Shown one piece after another: positions 26,501 through 39,099 of a stretch of DNA of 64,000 bases. The stretch spans positions 5,084,001-5,148,000 of the forward strand of contig NC_043022.1 in the NCBI RefSeq assembly GCF_006345805.1, given 5' to 3'. The position numbers were made by a program, and so were the translations under genes. Every line of letters begins with the position of its first letter. Positions within the stretch are counted from its first letter, which is position 1. The DNA comes from Octopus sinensis (taxonomy: Eukaryota). The notes under the pieces were generated by a model, which was not told the DNA's origin, made no database searches, and was given only the letters and a program-made list of their open reading frames with translations.

Positions 26501-26827
26501 GAGATGTCTTCCTGGGGCTACAAGCTACAGTAGCATCCACTCTTAGTGGTTAGCCACATTTATGTGGCAAATATACTTCACATTGTTGTGCAGCTTCTGT
26601 TTATACCTCATTCAGAGATTTATTATTGCTTGTTTTACACTTTTTCGAGATCAATGACTTTTTGTCACTGGAAAAAGGATATATGTATTTGCATTGGGAC
26701 CCCTTTGCACCAAAAACCGGTGATTGTCGTGTGCTGACGACGAGTAAATACCCAGAAACTTGGATCCGTGCATATCACGTCAGGTCGACGATGGGAAGAA
26801 TGGCTTCCCTTTGCAAATAATGACAAT

Positions 26828-27047
26828 GTTAGTTGTCGGAGCACTGCATCCTTCAAAACGTCCATGCTTCCTGAGATTCGCCAACACTATACTTGATTTT
26901 CTCCCCTCCATACACACACAAGCATGTATCTGACTCATACATTGTTCACTTTCCAGACATTTCTACATTACTGCATGTACTTTATATGCACTTTCTGACA
27001 AGTTGTGGTGCACCTGAGCACTGTATACAATAATTTCATTATATTAT
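26828..27047 (+). mobile_element. CR1-clade LINE 3' end
   Basis: SCRSTASFKTSMLPEIRQHYT* plus a 3' UTR ending CTGTATACAATAATTTCATTAT; matches 57660-57900. Confidence 0.8.
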
Positions 27048-27171
27048 AAGGCACAGAAAGTTTGTCAATAGCCAGCTGGAGATGTTCTCCTGGGGCTACA
27101 AGCTACAGTAGCATCTACCCTTAGTGGTTAGCCACACTTAAGTGGCAAATATACTTCACAAACATATATAT

Positions 27172-27405
27172 TTCATCATCATCATCATCATCATCATTGT
27201 TTAACGTCTGCTTTCCATGCTGGCATGGGTTGGATGGTTTGACTAGGACTGGCAAGCCAGAAGACTGTACCAACTCCAATCCGATCTGGCATGGTGTTTA
27301 CAGCTGGATGCCCTTCCTAATGCCAACCACTCCAAGAGTGTAGTGGGTGCTTTTTATGTGCTACCAGAATGAGGGCCAGTCAGGTGGTACTGGCATCAAC
27401 CACAA
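27172..27405 (-). mobile_element. Retroposon family C
   Basis: Same tail and body. Confidence 0.8.
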
Positions 27406-27659
27406 CAATGATTTCACTTGACTCAACAGATCTCAAACACAGTTTATTGCCCAGTGATTGAAGGGTCCTCTTAAATGGGCCGGTTATGCTACACTGGCAT
27501 AGGCCATGGTTATGGTCTCACTTAGCTTGCCGGGTCTTCTCAAGCACAGCATATCTCCAAAGGTCTCGGTCACTCATCATTGCCTCAGTGAGGCCCAACG
27601 TTCAATGGTTGTGCTTCACCACATCATCCCAGGTCTTATATATATATACACACGTAAGT

Positions 27660-28000
27660 GCAGAAGTGACTGTGTGGTAAGAAGCTTGCTTCCAACCACA
27701 TAGTTCCGGATTCAGTCTCACTGAATGGCACCTTGAGCAAGTGTCATCTACTATAGCCTTGAGATGACCAAATCCTTGTGTGTGGGTTGTTGGGCAGAAA
27801 CTGATAGAAACCTGTCATATATATATGTGTGCGTGTGTCTTTGTGTCTATGTTTGTTTCCACTATTGTAAACACACTGACAGTGGTTGGTTTGTTTACAT
27901 CCCAGTAACTTAGCAGTTCAGCCCTAAGACACCAATAGACTAAAAATTCTTCAAGGCGGTGCCCCAGCATGGCCACAGTCTAATGACTAAAACAAATTAA
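27660..28000 (+). mobile_element. Diverged dimeric SINE A+B
   Basis: Head, short linker, tail CCCAGCATGGCCACAGTCTAATGACT. Confidence 0.7.
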
Positions 28001-28309
28001 AGGTAGGAAAAATATATATGAATGTGTTATGAGCGAATTTAAAAGACAAATTTCAAGATTGTTACTGATAACCAATCAATCAGGAAGGATGTGCCAATGC
28101 TGGAGCCTCTGTATGTTTGATTGATCTGCTAGAAATGGTAGAGTAATATCCCTGAAGTTATGCTTTAGTGTTAAGAGAAACAGGAAAGGATGTATGAACT
28201 GATGCTGTCCTAAACACTGTTATGTCTGGAAAGAAGATGGGATGGGCATGGATGGAAGAGCTTTTATCATAGGTCTGCGTGATCAGGATTGACCTGAGCT
28301 AAGCAACAA

Positions 28310-29390
28310 CAGCAACAACAATGCTAATACCACCACCACCACCACCACGACGACACCTCTGACACCATCGCCACCCCTCCCCACCTCATCACCACCAACA
28401 GCAACGCCATCACCTCACCACAACCCCTACATCACAACCACCAGAACTGCTGCCACCACCACCATCATCACCACTCCTCTCCATCACTCCTCATCCCTCT
28501 CATCACCACCACTACCACCACCAACCGCAACAACAACTACAACATCACCCCAACCATCACCACACCTCCATGACACCTGACATCATCACCACCACCCCTA
28601 CACCCCTACACCATGACCACCATAACTACTGCCACCACCACCACCATCATCCCCACTCCTTTCCATCACTCCTCATCCCTCTCACCACCACCACTACCAC
28701 CACCAACCACAACAACTACTACAACATCACCCCAACCATCACCACCACCAACATCACCACTCCTCACCCCACCTCACCACCACCAACAGCAATGCCATCA
28801 CCTCACCACAACCCCTACATCACAACCACCAGAACTGCTGCCACCACCACCACCATCATCATCACCACTCCTCCCCATCACTCCTCATCCCTCTCACCAC
28901 CACCACTACCACCACCAACCGCAACAACAACTACAACATCACCCCAACCATCACCACCACCACCATCACCACTCCTCACCCCACCTCCCCACCACCATTA
29001 TCGCCACTACTACCACCACCTCCATGACACCTGACATCATCACCACCACCAACCACCAACAGCAACACCATCACCTCCACTCCTGTCTTTTCCCCTTCTC
29101 TCTCTCCCTGTTACCCTTTCTCTTCCTTTCTCCCCGTCTCTGTTTCTCTCCTCTTTCTCTCCCTCTCTCTCTCTCTGTCTTCTTCCTTTATCTCTCTTTC
29201 TATCTATTTCTCTCTCTCTCTCTCTCTCTTCACAACAACCATCAGCCCCCACCACCACCAATACCCCTACCACAACTGCGGTCACCACAACCCCCCCCCA
29301 CACACATCACTGCTGCCCCCCCCCCCCCCCGCAACATCACCACCACCACTGCCTCCACCTCCACCCCACCCAGTACTCAACAGAAAGTTC
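28310..29390. repeat. CAC/CAT-rich low-complexity island with internal block duplications
   Basis: Blocks such as ACAACCCCTACATCACAACCACCAGAACTGCTGCC recur at ~28420 and ~28810. Confidence 0.85.
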
Positions 29391-29610
29391 TTTGAAACCC
29401 ACCAATTCCCAGTCCTTTCTGCTGACCTTCTCTAATCCAGATTCCTCAAGAGAGCTCTTTCCAAAATGTCACCCAGTCAGTGTTGTTGTCACCATTATCG
29501 CTGTTTTGGATTTCCACATTTCATCAAATCTGTCAAAATTCTTGGGAAAAACAAAAAAATTTAATTCTATTGTCAGATCTTTATGGGATGTAGTTGCAGA
29601 ACTCTGGAAA

Positions 29611-29641
<31 letters not shown>

Positions 29642-29718
29642 TTCCCGATCTATCTATCTATATCTATCTATCTATCTAACCATCCATCCATCCATCTATC
29701 TATCTATCTATCTATCTA

Positions 29719-29786
<68 letters not shown>

Positions 29787-29834
29787 CTTATCTATCTATC
29801 TATCCATCCATCCATCCATCCATCTATCTATCTA

Positions 29835-29905
<71 letters not shown>

Positions 29906-29970
29906 GCCTATCCATTTATCAGTCTACCCCTCGCTCTTACTCTCTTTCTCTTTATATATCTATATATCCA

Positions 29971-30380
29971 TATAGGCGCAGGAGTGGCTGTGTGGTAAGT
30001 AGCTTGCTAACCAACCACATGGTTCCGGGTTCAGTCCCACTGCGTGGCATCTTGGGCAAGTGTCTTCTACTATAGCCCCGGGCCGACCAATGCCTTGTGA
30101 GTGGATTTGGTAGACGGAAACTGAAAGAAGCCTGTCGTATATATGTATATATATGTATATGTGTGTATGTGTGTGTGTTTGTCCCCCTAGCATTGCTTGA
30201 CAACCGATGCTGGTGTGTTTACGTCCCCGTCACTTAGCGGTTCGGCAAAAGAGACCGATAGAATAAGTACTGGGCTTACAATGAATAAGTCCCGGGGTCG
30301 ATTTGCTCGACTGAGGGTGGTGCTCCAGCATGGCCACAGTCAAATGACTGAAACAAGTAAAAGAGTAAAAGAGAGTAAAA
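29971..30380 (+). mobile_element. Full dimeric SINE A+B (young)
   Basis: Same structure. Confidence 0.9.
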
Positions 30381-30889
30381 CTAACAGAAAGATGGAAAAT
30401 AATGTTTATTTGCATTTACTTCCACATTATTTACACACCTCCTTCTTGACTTGCAACTGAGTTCCGTTTCAACTGACGGGTCGTAAGTCGACCTGTTCAT
30501 ATGTCGGATTTATATTTTTCAACACTATTTACATTCAAACCTAAGTGATACTTGAAAGCAACTGGATGAGAGACAGTGGCTGGCAGTGGATGCCTTAGTC
30601 TGAGGGAGGCCCGTGTTACTAGATGCTGTCATAGTTATCATATGTGCAGCTGCCCAAGTCTGAAAATCAATTTTTTACTTAATTATTTTTTTGTGGTTGT
30701 TAGTCGCATAGGTTGTTAGCCAAAAGATGGGGTATTTGAAAAGTTTTCTCCTACCTTTTCGTTAATTGCAAAGTCTTTGATCAGATCCTTATGATTAATC
30801 TTACAAAACACATCTACTTCTATATTTAACCTGTCTGGTTGCATAGGTGTTCTGATGGGATTTTTAATATACTTCAGCACACTCGTAAT

Positions 30890-31195
30890 AAGCACCATTT
30901 GAATGTGGGTCGATGCTAGTGATGACTGACTGGCTCCCTGTGCTGCTGGCACATAAAAAGCACCATCCAAATGTAGTTGGTGCCAGTACTGTTTGGTCCC
31001 TGTGCTGGCGGCACGTAAAAAGCACCCACTACACTCTCAGAGTGGTTGGCGTTAGGAAGAGCATCCAGCTGTAGAAACTTTGCCTGATCAGATTGGAGCA
31101 TGGTGCAGCTTCCTGGCTTGCCAGTCCTCAATCAAACCGTCCAACCCATGCCAGCATGGAAAGCAGATGTTAAATGATGATGATGATGATGATTC
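30890..31195 (+). mobile_element. Retroposon family C
   Basis: Tandem units, GTGGTTGGCGTTAGGAAG block, (GAT)n tail. Confidence 0.8.
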
Positions 31196-31261
31196 AACTG
31201 AGAAAATGAATGCTCAGCCGAGCTATTTGTGACAAATATACAAAATGTTACAAATATACAA

Positions 31262-31425
31262 GGGCGCAGGAGTGGCTGTGTGGTAAGTAGCTTGCTAACC
31301 AACCACATGGTTGCGGGTTCAGTCCCACTGCATGGCATCTTGGGCAAGTGTCTTCTGCTAGAGCCCCGGGCCGACCAATGCCTTGTGAGTGGATTTGGTA
31401 GACAGAAACTGAAAGAAGTCTGTCG

Positions 31426-31460
<35 letters not shown>

Positions 31461-31670
31461 CTGTATTTGTCCCCCTAGCATTGCTTGACAACCGATGCTG
31501 GTGTGTTTATGTCCCCGTCACTTAGCGGTTCAGCAAAAGAGACCAATAGAATAAGTACTGGGCTTCCAAAGAATAAGTCCCGGGGTCGATTTGATTGACT
31601 AAAGGTGGTGCTCCAGCATGGCCGCAGTCAAATGACTGAAACAAATAAAATAGTAAAATAGTAATAGTAA
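31262..31670 (+). mobile_element. Full dimeric SINE A+B
   Basis: Same structure. Confidence 0.88.
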
Positions 31671-33545
31671 GCAATGTCTACATTTAGAAAGTCACACCCC
31701 ACAATGTTTATTTTAGCAAATTTAAAATGATTTTGTGCCATAAACCATTTGTCATTTCTCTGGTGCCTTCCTTCCCTTCATGCCCTAAGCATGTGTTTAT
31801 TTTGCTTTTCTGTCCTCAACCATTGTCCTCTGACACTTACTGAAATTTCATCTATTATTAATCTATATTCCATCAGTTATTACCTACAACAGTCTATCAT
31901 TTAACGGAATGCTTTATTAACTGTAAAATAGTCACCACATTGCATAAATATCATTTAATTGTTTAGTTATTCATAAAATTCATGACAGCTGAATATTGGC
32001 CATTGTTGTTGCTGCTGTTAATGCTCTTTTCCTGTATGAACGACTTACAAACCCTCAAATTTATGTCCAGTTTACAACAATAATATTCACAGATTATAGA
32101 CAACGACCTGTAATTATAATCTCAAAATATAACACCCAGCAGATGATTGTAAAAGTTACCATTACATGGAAACAAGAATGTCTCCCAGTGACTGTAAACA
32201 AAGAATTGGTCGCAGAATGGAGTCGTGTGGCTTGTGGGATTAGTTTTTATTTAATGCTTCCCAAACTGAAACTCTATAACAATGCAGGAACAAAAGACAT
32301 TCTATGGAAATAAAATTTAACTGAAATTAATTTATCCTGCTTCTTCGGTAATGTGAACCTGCCTGGGAGGCAGTGTCTTTGTGTTGCACAAGAAATGGGT
32401 TTTCTTGCAGACGCAATTTGTTGCTTTTATTAATGAAGCTGATTTGGCCAAAAAAATATTCTTTCCTCATGAAATTCTTAAGACTCTTTTGGGTACGCTG
32501 GGCCGTCTTTTACTACCACTTGTTGTTGTTGTTGTTGTTGTTGTTTCCATTAAATTATTGAGACAATGGCAGCAAGTTTATCGTTGTTTTAGACCAAGAT
32601 TGTGGAATACCGACTTTGAGATTTTGCTGCTATTCCAGTTTTGTGTTTCTACCATTCCTCTGCATCATGACAACTGCACCGTTCTTTTTTTTATTGTCCA
32701 AAGATGATGTAGGAGTGGGTGGTGGGTGGCAATAACAGTAACAACAACAACAACAATAATAATAATAATGGAAAGAAGGCAGGAGAAGAAGAAGATTATG
32801 ATGACGACGACGATGATGATGATGAAGGGAGAGAAGGAGAAGATGACAAATACGATGACAATGGAAGAGGAGGAGAAGATGAAGAAGAAGAAAATGATGA
32901 TGATGATGACAACAATGATGAAGTCTAATATTCTGCCAATTATGGTGTTGGGCAGCTGAGAGGGTGGTTATGAAGATATGTCTATTGCCAGACAATTACT
33001 TGGCAATAATTACCAATTCCATCAAATGCTGGGACCAAAGTTGTTTATAGCGGCCTCAGAATATATTTTTAATCTGTCAGAAATTATGTCTAATCTGTCA
33101 GAAATTATGTCTAATGTCAAAATCTTCTGAACAAATGTCAGGAACACACACTTTGAGTGACTGTAAATTGGTTTATAAAACCCATCAGAAAAATGCTCAC
33201 CATTTTGACTCCAATGTGCCTTATTGAAGAAGGAAATATAGTTATCTTTCAGGATGGTCATTTTTTTCCTACCAAATAAATGCATGTATTATATATTAAT
33301 TCTTCACTTCAGCTTTATTATTGTTCGTATTTTTGTGTCTGTTTTCTGGAAATTTTTTGCCACATACCTGTGACCTCTTCAGCAACTCTCCATCCCATGT
33401 GTCTCAGCCTGTTTAGAACGTCGGATGGAAAGTTGATGATGAAAGATTTAAGACAAAGGACATAACAAGAACAATAACAAAATATATCCTGTGTGTGTTT
33501 ATTTGGTAAAAAATTAAAAACAAAAAAATTACCATCATCCCAAAC

Positions 33546-33965
33546 TATAGGCGCAGGAGTGGCTGTGTGGTAAGTAGCTTGCTGACCAGCCACATGGTTC
33601 TGGGTTCAGTCCCACTGCGTGGCATCTTGGGCAAGTGTCTTCTGCTATAGCCCCGGGCCGACCAATGCCTTGTGAGTGGATTTGGTAGACGGAAACTGAA
33701 AGAAGCCTGTCGTATATATGTATATATATATATATATGTGTGTGTGCGTGTTTGTGTGTCTGTGTTTGTCCCCCTAGCATTGCTTGACAACCGATGCTGG
33801 TGTGTTTACGTCCCCGTTACTTAGCGGTTCGGCAAAAGAGACCGATAGAATAAGTACTGGGCTTACAAAGCAATAAGTCCCTGGGTCGAGTTGCTCAACT
33901 AAAGGCGGTGCTCTAGTATGGCCGCAGTCAAATGACTGAAACAAATAAAAGAATAAAAAAGAATA
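33546..33965 (+). mobile_element. Full dimeric SINE A+B
   Basis: Same structure. Confidence 0.88.
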
Positions 33966-34333
33966 TAACAATATTTGTTTCAATACACGATTTCACATCA
34001 GGAATCTTGCAAAACAAACACAAAAATATTATTCTATCTGTTACAGAACATGTCTGGTAAGTTCACCATTTTTAATTATTATTCATCTACTCGTTTATTC
34101 TTCCACTTGTTTCAATCATTTAGACTGTAGCCATGCTGGAGCACGGCCTATAGTCAAACACATTGACCCCCAAGTCTTATTCTTTGTAAGCCAAGTACTT
34201 ATTCTATTGGTCTCTTTTGCGAAACTGCTGGGTTATGGGGATGTAAATACCCCAACATTGGTTGTCAAGCAATGGTGACATACATACATACACACATAAA
34301 TCCATGCATGCATGCACACACACACACATACAT

Positions 34334-34370
<37 letters not shown>

Positions 34371-34372
<2 letters not shown>

Positions 34373-34598
34373 AGCGAGCTGGCAGAAACGTTTGCACACC
34401 GGGTGAAATGCTTAGCGGTATTGCGTCTGTTGTTGCTTTCTGAGTTCAAATTCCGCCGAGGTCGACTTTGCCTTTCATCCTTTTGGGGTCGATAAATTAA
34501 GTACCAGTTACACACTGGGGTCGATGTAATAGACTTAATCCGTTTGTCTGTCCTTGTTTGTCCCCTCTATGTTAAGCCCCTTGTGGGCAATAAAGAAA
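34371..34598 (+). mobile_element. SINE family H, near full length
   Basis: Head GCGAGCTGGCAGAAACG, B-box GAGTTCAAATTCC, central GTCGACTTTGCCTTTCATCC...GGTCGATAAATTAAGTACC domain. Confidence 0.8.
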
Positions 34599-34865
34599 CA
34601 CACATATATATATATATATATATACGATGGGCTTCTTTCAGTTTCCATCTACCAAATCCACTCACAAGGCTTTGGTTGGCCCGAGGCTGTGGTAGGAGAC
34701 ACTTGCCCAAGGTGCCATGCAGTGGGACTGAACTCAGAGCCATGTGGTTGGGAAGCAAACTTCTTCCTACACAGCCACTCTTGTGCCTATGGTGAGATAC
34801 TATGGATATATTTCCTTGGAAAACTTTCGTCGCAGTGAATGTTCTTCATGGTGAATTGATGATGA

Positions 34866-35140
34866 TGAACGTGGCCGATGCCAGCACCGCCTCGACTGGC
34901 TTCTGTGCCAGTGGCACATAAAAAGCACTATCCGAACGTGGCCGATGCCAGACCCCTCTGGCACCTGTGCAGGTGGCACGTAAAAAAGCACCCACTACAC
35001 TCGCGGAGTGGTTGGCGTTAGGAAGGGCATCCAGCTGTAGAAACACTGCCAGATCAGACTGGAGCCTGGAGCAGCCCCTGGCTCCCCAGACCCCGGTCGA
35101 ACCGTCCAACCCGTGCTAGCGCGGAAAACGGACGTTAAAC

Positions 35141-35168
<28 letters not shown>
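34866..35168 (+). mobile_element. Retroposon family C (young)
   Basis: CpG-rich copy with intact tail GGACGTTAAACGATGATG. Confidence 0.85.
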
Positions 35169-35171
<3 letters not shown>

Positions 35172-35309
35172 TTACCCGTAATCATAAAAGAACTCTTATC
35201 AATGTCTACTTTCCTTAAGAACATCTAAGAACTAAATACTTTGCCAAATTTCATGAGTGATGCTAGGATTTACTGTGCTGTTTGGAGTCTTGTTTTCTGC
35301 AGGATTCCA

Positions 35310-35660
35310 TATCTAGCATCCACTTTCCATGCTGGCATGGGTTGGATGGTTTGACATCCTCACTTATCTGCTTCCCCTCTGGCTAAATACACCTGCCTCC
35401 TAGCTTCCCTTCTTGCAGTCTGATACACTTCCCTGCTACCACCATTCTTCCAGTCCTTCCAAGCCTGTTTCTTTTGTCTAAAGCCCTGTCGACAATATTG
35501 TTCCACCACCACGTTATTTTGGGTCTTGAGGGGACTTTGCACCAGCCACAGATCTGGTCAGTGGCTTTCAGCAGGTTGTCCCTTAGAAGCGCCCAGTTAT
35601 CTTCTACCCCATGTGTAGCTATACCCCCTTCTATTTCGTCCTCAACTCCGTGAGGAGTTG
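35310..35660 (-). pseudogene. Internally deleted RTE-type LINE ORF2 fragment joined to a family C tail
   Basis: Minus strand: VEDNWALLRDNLLKATDQICGWCKVPSRPKITWWWNNIVDRA / frameshift / RQKKQAWKDWKNGGSREVYQTARREARRQVYLARGEADK, typical of the endonuclease-RT linker; followed by CAAACCATCCAACCCATGCCAGCATGGAAAG. Confidence 0.75.
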
Positions 35661-36069
35661 GCTAGCAGGAAGCTGTCCAGACGCCAGTTGTTTGTTGTGG
35701 CATGGTTTCTACAGCTATTACAAAGGTATTATCAATGTTAGTATAAATTAATGGTCAAAAAACAAAAAAAGGTTGTATTAACAGGTTCATTGAAGTCTCT
35801 TGGAGGGGTGGAGGGCTTCATTCCATTTTTTCATTATATTCAATTCATCTTTCCCATTCATTTTGTTTTGTTGTCCCCACCTTGTGCTGTCCCCTCTATG
35901 TAAGGCCTTCATGGCCAATATCAGAAAGTAAAGAAGCTTGCATCTCAACCATATGGTTCTCGGTTCAGTCCCACTGCGTGGCACCACGGGCACGTGTCTT
36001 CTACTATAGCCTTGGGTTGAATAGTAGATGGAACCTGAAAGAAGCTCATCATATATATATATATATATA

Positions 36070-36070
36070 T

Positions 36071-36102
<32 letters not shown>

Positions 36103-36350
36103 TTAACGTCCGCTTTCCATGCTAGCATGGTTGGACGGGTCAACTGGGGTCTGGGGAGCCCGAAAGCTGCACCAGTCCAGTCAGATCTGGCAGTGTTTCT
36201 ACAGCTGGATGCCCTTCCTAACGCCAACCACTCCGAGAGTGTAGTGGGTGATTTATGTGCCACCGACACAGGTGCCAGACGAGGCTGACAAACGGCCACG
36301 CTCGGATGGTGTTTTTTATGTGCCACCGACACAGGTGCCAGACGAGGCTG
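36070..36350 (-). mobile_element. Retroposon family C
   Basis: Same tail and body. Confidence 0.82.
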
Positions 36351-36351
36351 G

Positions 36352-36417
<66 letters not shown>

Positions 36418-37690
36418 GTTGTGTGTGTGTCTGTGTTTGTTCCCCACCATCACTCAATTGATGTTGGTGTGTTTATGTCCATGTAGCAGTTTGGCAAAAG
36501 GTACCTACAGAATAAGTACTAGGTTTGCAAAGAATAAATTGTGGGGGGTCGATTTGTTTGATTAAAACCCTTTAAGGCGGTGCTCCAGCATGGCCACAGT
36601 CAAATGACTGAAACAAGTAAAAGAATAAAAAGAATAAAATGGATGTATATGCACATTTTAGGAATTATTAATCTTTCATCAGCACCACATCCAACCCATT
36701 AACTATCCAAGAACAGATTGCTTAAATATCCACTATTGGATTGAGCAATTCACATATCAAATACATTCCTGGCAGCTGAAATACTGTGTCCTTGCTAGCA
36801 AGTAATAACAAGGGTTGTTAATAACCATAGATGCTAGTCTGTCACGAGTTCAGTCCTGTATGGTGTGTCCTGTCCAGCTTGACATTGAATCTCTGTAACT
36901 GCTACTGCTCTCTCATTTCATCCTGGGAATGTTAAGAAACAACGATACTGATTCATTAGATTTCAAAACTACTGGACGTCTCTGATATCAAAGAGATTGT
37001 ATACTAACTAATCTGATTTGTGAAGGGAGGATAACAGCAGCTACTCCTAAAGGCAAATTATTCTTCCTTTTAAAGGGAATCAAATCTGGTTATCTTAGAA
37101 AAACAATAAGTAGACAATAAGTCTAAGAAAAACAATAAGTAGATGATGAATGAAATATATAGTCTCCTTGAAATTTTCTTCTGGTCTTTTCCATTGTATC
37201 CTGCTTTATTAAATAATCCTATGGAATAATTATATAAACAAAAGCGTTTAACAATTACTTTAGAAAGACAAATTGAGGAAATTTGTTATCAAAACAGTTG
37301 AAGAAGGTTTTCTTCAGCATTAAAACCTCAATAGTGATTGTTTAACAAACACTAGTAATCCCTTCCAGAACAAGCAGCCATTGTCAGTTGTCTTTAAAAG
37401 GATTAGTTCTTCCCAGTAATCTCATAGAAGAATGCCCTGGGTGGCTGTTATTGTTGTTGTTGTGTCTTCTTATTTGTGTTTAGGACTACTTGTATATTGT
37501 ATCAAGCGAGACTCAGCACTTAGGTTCAAATCTGAGTGAAGATAGTGCTTTTATTTCCTCAACTCTTTCTACCCATGAAGGATTTATACTCAGACTCTCT
37601 CTCTCTCTCTCACTTTTTCTCTCTCTATCTCTCCATATATATATATATATATATAAAATCAAAATAAGCAACAAGAATGACTCCGGTAAT

Positions 37691-37777
37691 TTGGTACGAT
37701 TGTTTCATACTACATCATTTTATTAAATGTTGTAAGTATTACAACAGATTTAAAGATGCTGAGTACTCATCAGCCAA
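37691..37777 (-). ncRNA. Type I hammerhead motif, extended stem II (stem III palindrome broken: AATC)
   Basis: Reverse-strand copy of 37926-38011. Confidence 0.55.
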
Positions 37778-37925
37778 TTATAGAGGTTTTCCATCAATAC
37801 AAAAATTTTCAAATCAAGTGGCAACATTATAGAGAAGGTAGATATATAGACAAAGATGTGGATTTGAATTTTAAGACCATTTGAGGTAGTGGAGTCCCTC
37901 CTTCCTTAATGGAAAACCTCTATAA

Positions 37926-38011
37926 TTGGCTGATGAGTACTCAGCATCTTAAATCTATTGTAATACTTACAACATTTAATAAAATGATGTAGTATGAAAC
38001 GATCGTACCAA
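37926..38011 (+). ncRNA. Type I hammerhead motif with extended stem II
   Basis: Stem I TTGG / CCAA; CTGATGA 37930-37936; stem II GTACT / AGTAT extended by CATC / GATG, TTAAAT / ATTTAA and TTGTAA / TTACAA; GAAA 37996-37999; ACGATCGT palindrome; GTA 38005-38007. Confidence 0.7.
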
Positions 38012-38144
38012 ATTACCGGAGTCATTCTTGTTGCTTATTTTGATTTTATATATATATGGATATATGTATGGATAACACCATACAAAATTCTGGTGCATCT
38101 AAATTAAGTACCATATTCATTTGAATCTAAATTTTTGCTGAACT

Positions 38145-38180
<36 letters not shown>

Positions 38181-38185
38181 AACTG

Positions 38186-38333
38186 GCACTGCGTCGCTTA
38201 CGACGATGAGGTTTCTAGTTGATCTGATCAACAGAACAGGTTGCTCGTGAGATCAACTTGTAAGTGACTGAGCACCCTGCAGACACATGTACCCTTTACA
38301 TATTTCTCTGGGAGATTCAGCATGACACAAAAT
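38186..38333 (-). mobile_element. 3' half of SINE family D (diverged)
   Basis: Reverse complement of ~38755-38897. Confidence 0.75.
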
Positions 38334-38338
38334 GTGAA

Positions 38339-38485
38339 GGCACGTGGCTTAGTGGTTAAGGTGTTTGGCTCATGATCATAGGGTTGTGAGTTCGATTCCC
38401 GGCGGTGCATTATGTCCTTGAGCAAGGCACTTTATTTCCCATTGTTCCCGTCTACTCAGCTGGCAAAAATGAGTTGTACCTGTAA

Positions 38486-38487
<2 letters not shown>
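38339..38487 (+). mobile_element. SINE E-type head and CORE-like body
   Basis: TGGCTTAGTGG A-box, GTTCGATTCC B-box, TCCTTGAGCAAGGCACTT. Confidence 0.75.
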
Positions 38488-38520
<33 letters not shown>

Positions 38521-38910
38521 GGAGGCGCAATGGCCCAGTGGTTAGAGCAGCGGACTCGCGGTCGTAGGATCGCGGTTTCGATTCCCAGACCGGGCGTTGT
38601 GAGTGTTTATTGAGCGAAAACACCTAAAGCTCCACAAGGCTCCGGCAGGGGATGGTGGTGATCCCTGCTGTACTCTTTCGCCACAACTTTCTCTCACTCT
38701 TACTTCCTGTTTCTGTTGTACCTGTATTTCAAAGGGCCGGCCTTGTCACTCTCTGTGTCACGCTGAATATCCCCGAGAACTACGTTAAGGGTACACGTGT
38801 CTGTGGAGTGCTCAGCCACTTACACGTTAATTTCACGAGCAGGCTGTTCCGTTGATCGGATCAACCGGAACCCTCGTCGTCGTAACCGACGGAGTGCTTC
38901 CATTCCATTC
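38521..38910 (+). mobile_element. Full-length tRNA-derived SINE family D
   Basis: A-box TGGCCCAGTGG, B-box-like GTTTCGATTCC, CpG-rich body, (TTCCA)n tail. Confidence 0.85.
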
Positions 38911-39099
38911 ATATATATGCACACACACACACACACACACATATAAAGATAAATATAGAGATATTCTATTGACATTTAATAATTTATTTATATTACAATA
39001 TTACATTAAATACTATGAATATAATATATGATATAACCTAATATTACATAAATGATTATTAAAACAATAAAAGGCCAACAAATTGTTTCGACTTATATA

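Larger units (their letters stand above)
37652..38050. mobile_element. Inverted pair of ~143-bp Penelope-like pLTRs, each carrying a hammerhead motif
   Basis: 37652-37794 vs 37909-38050 are reverse complements with a few differences; embedded in (TA)n. Confidence 0.7.
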
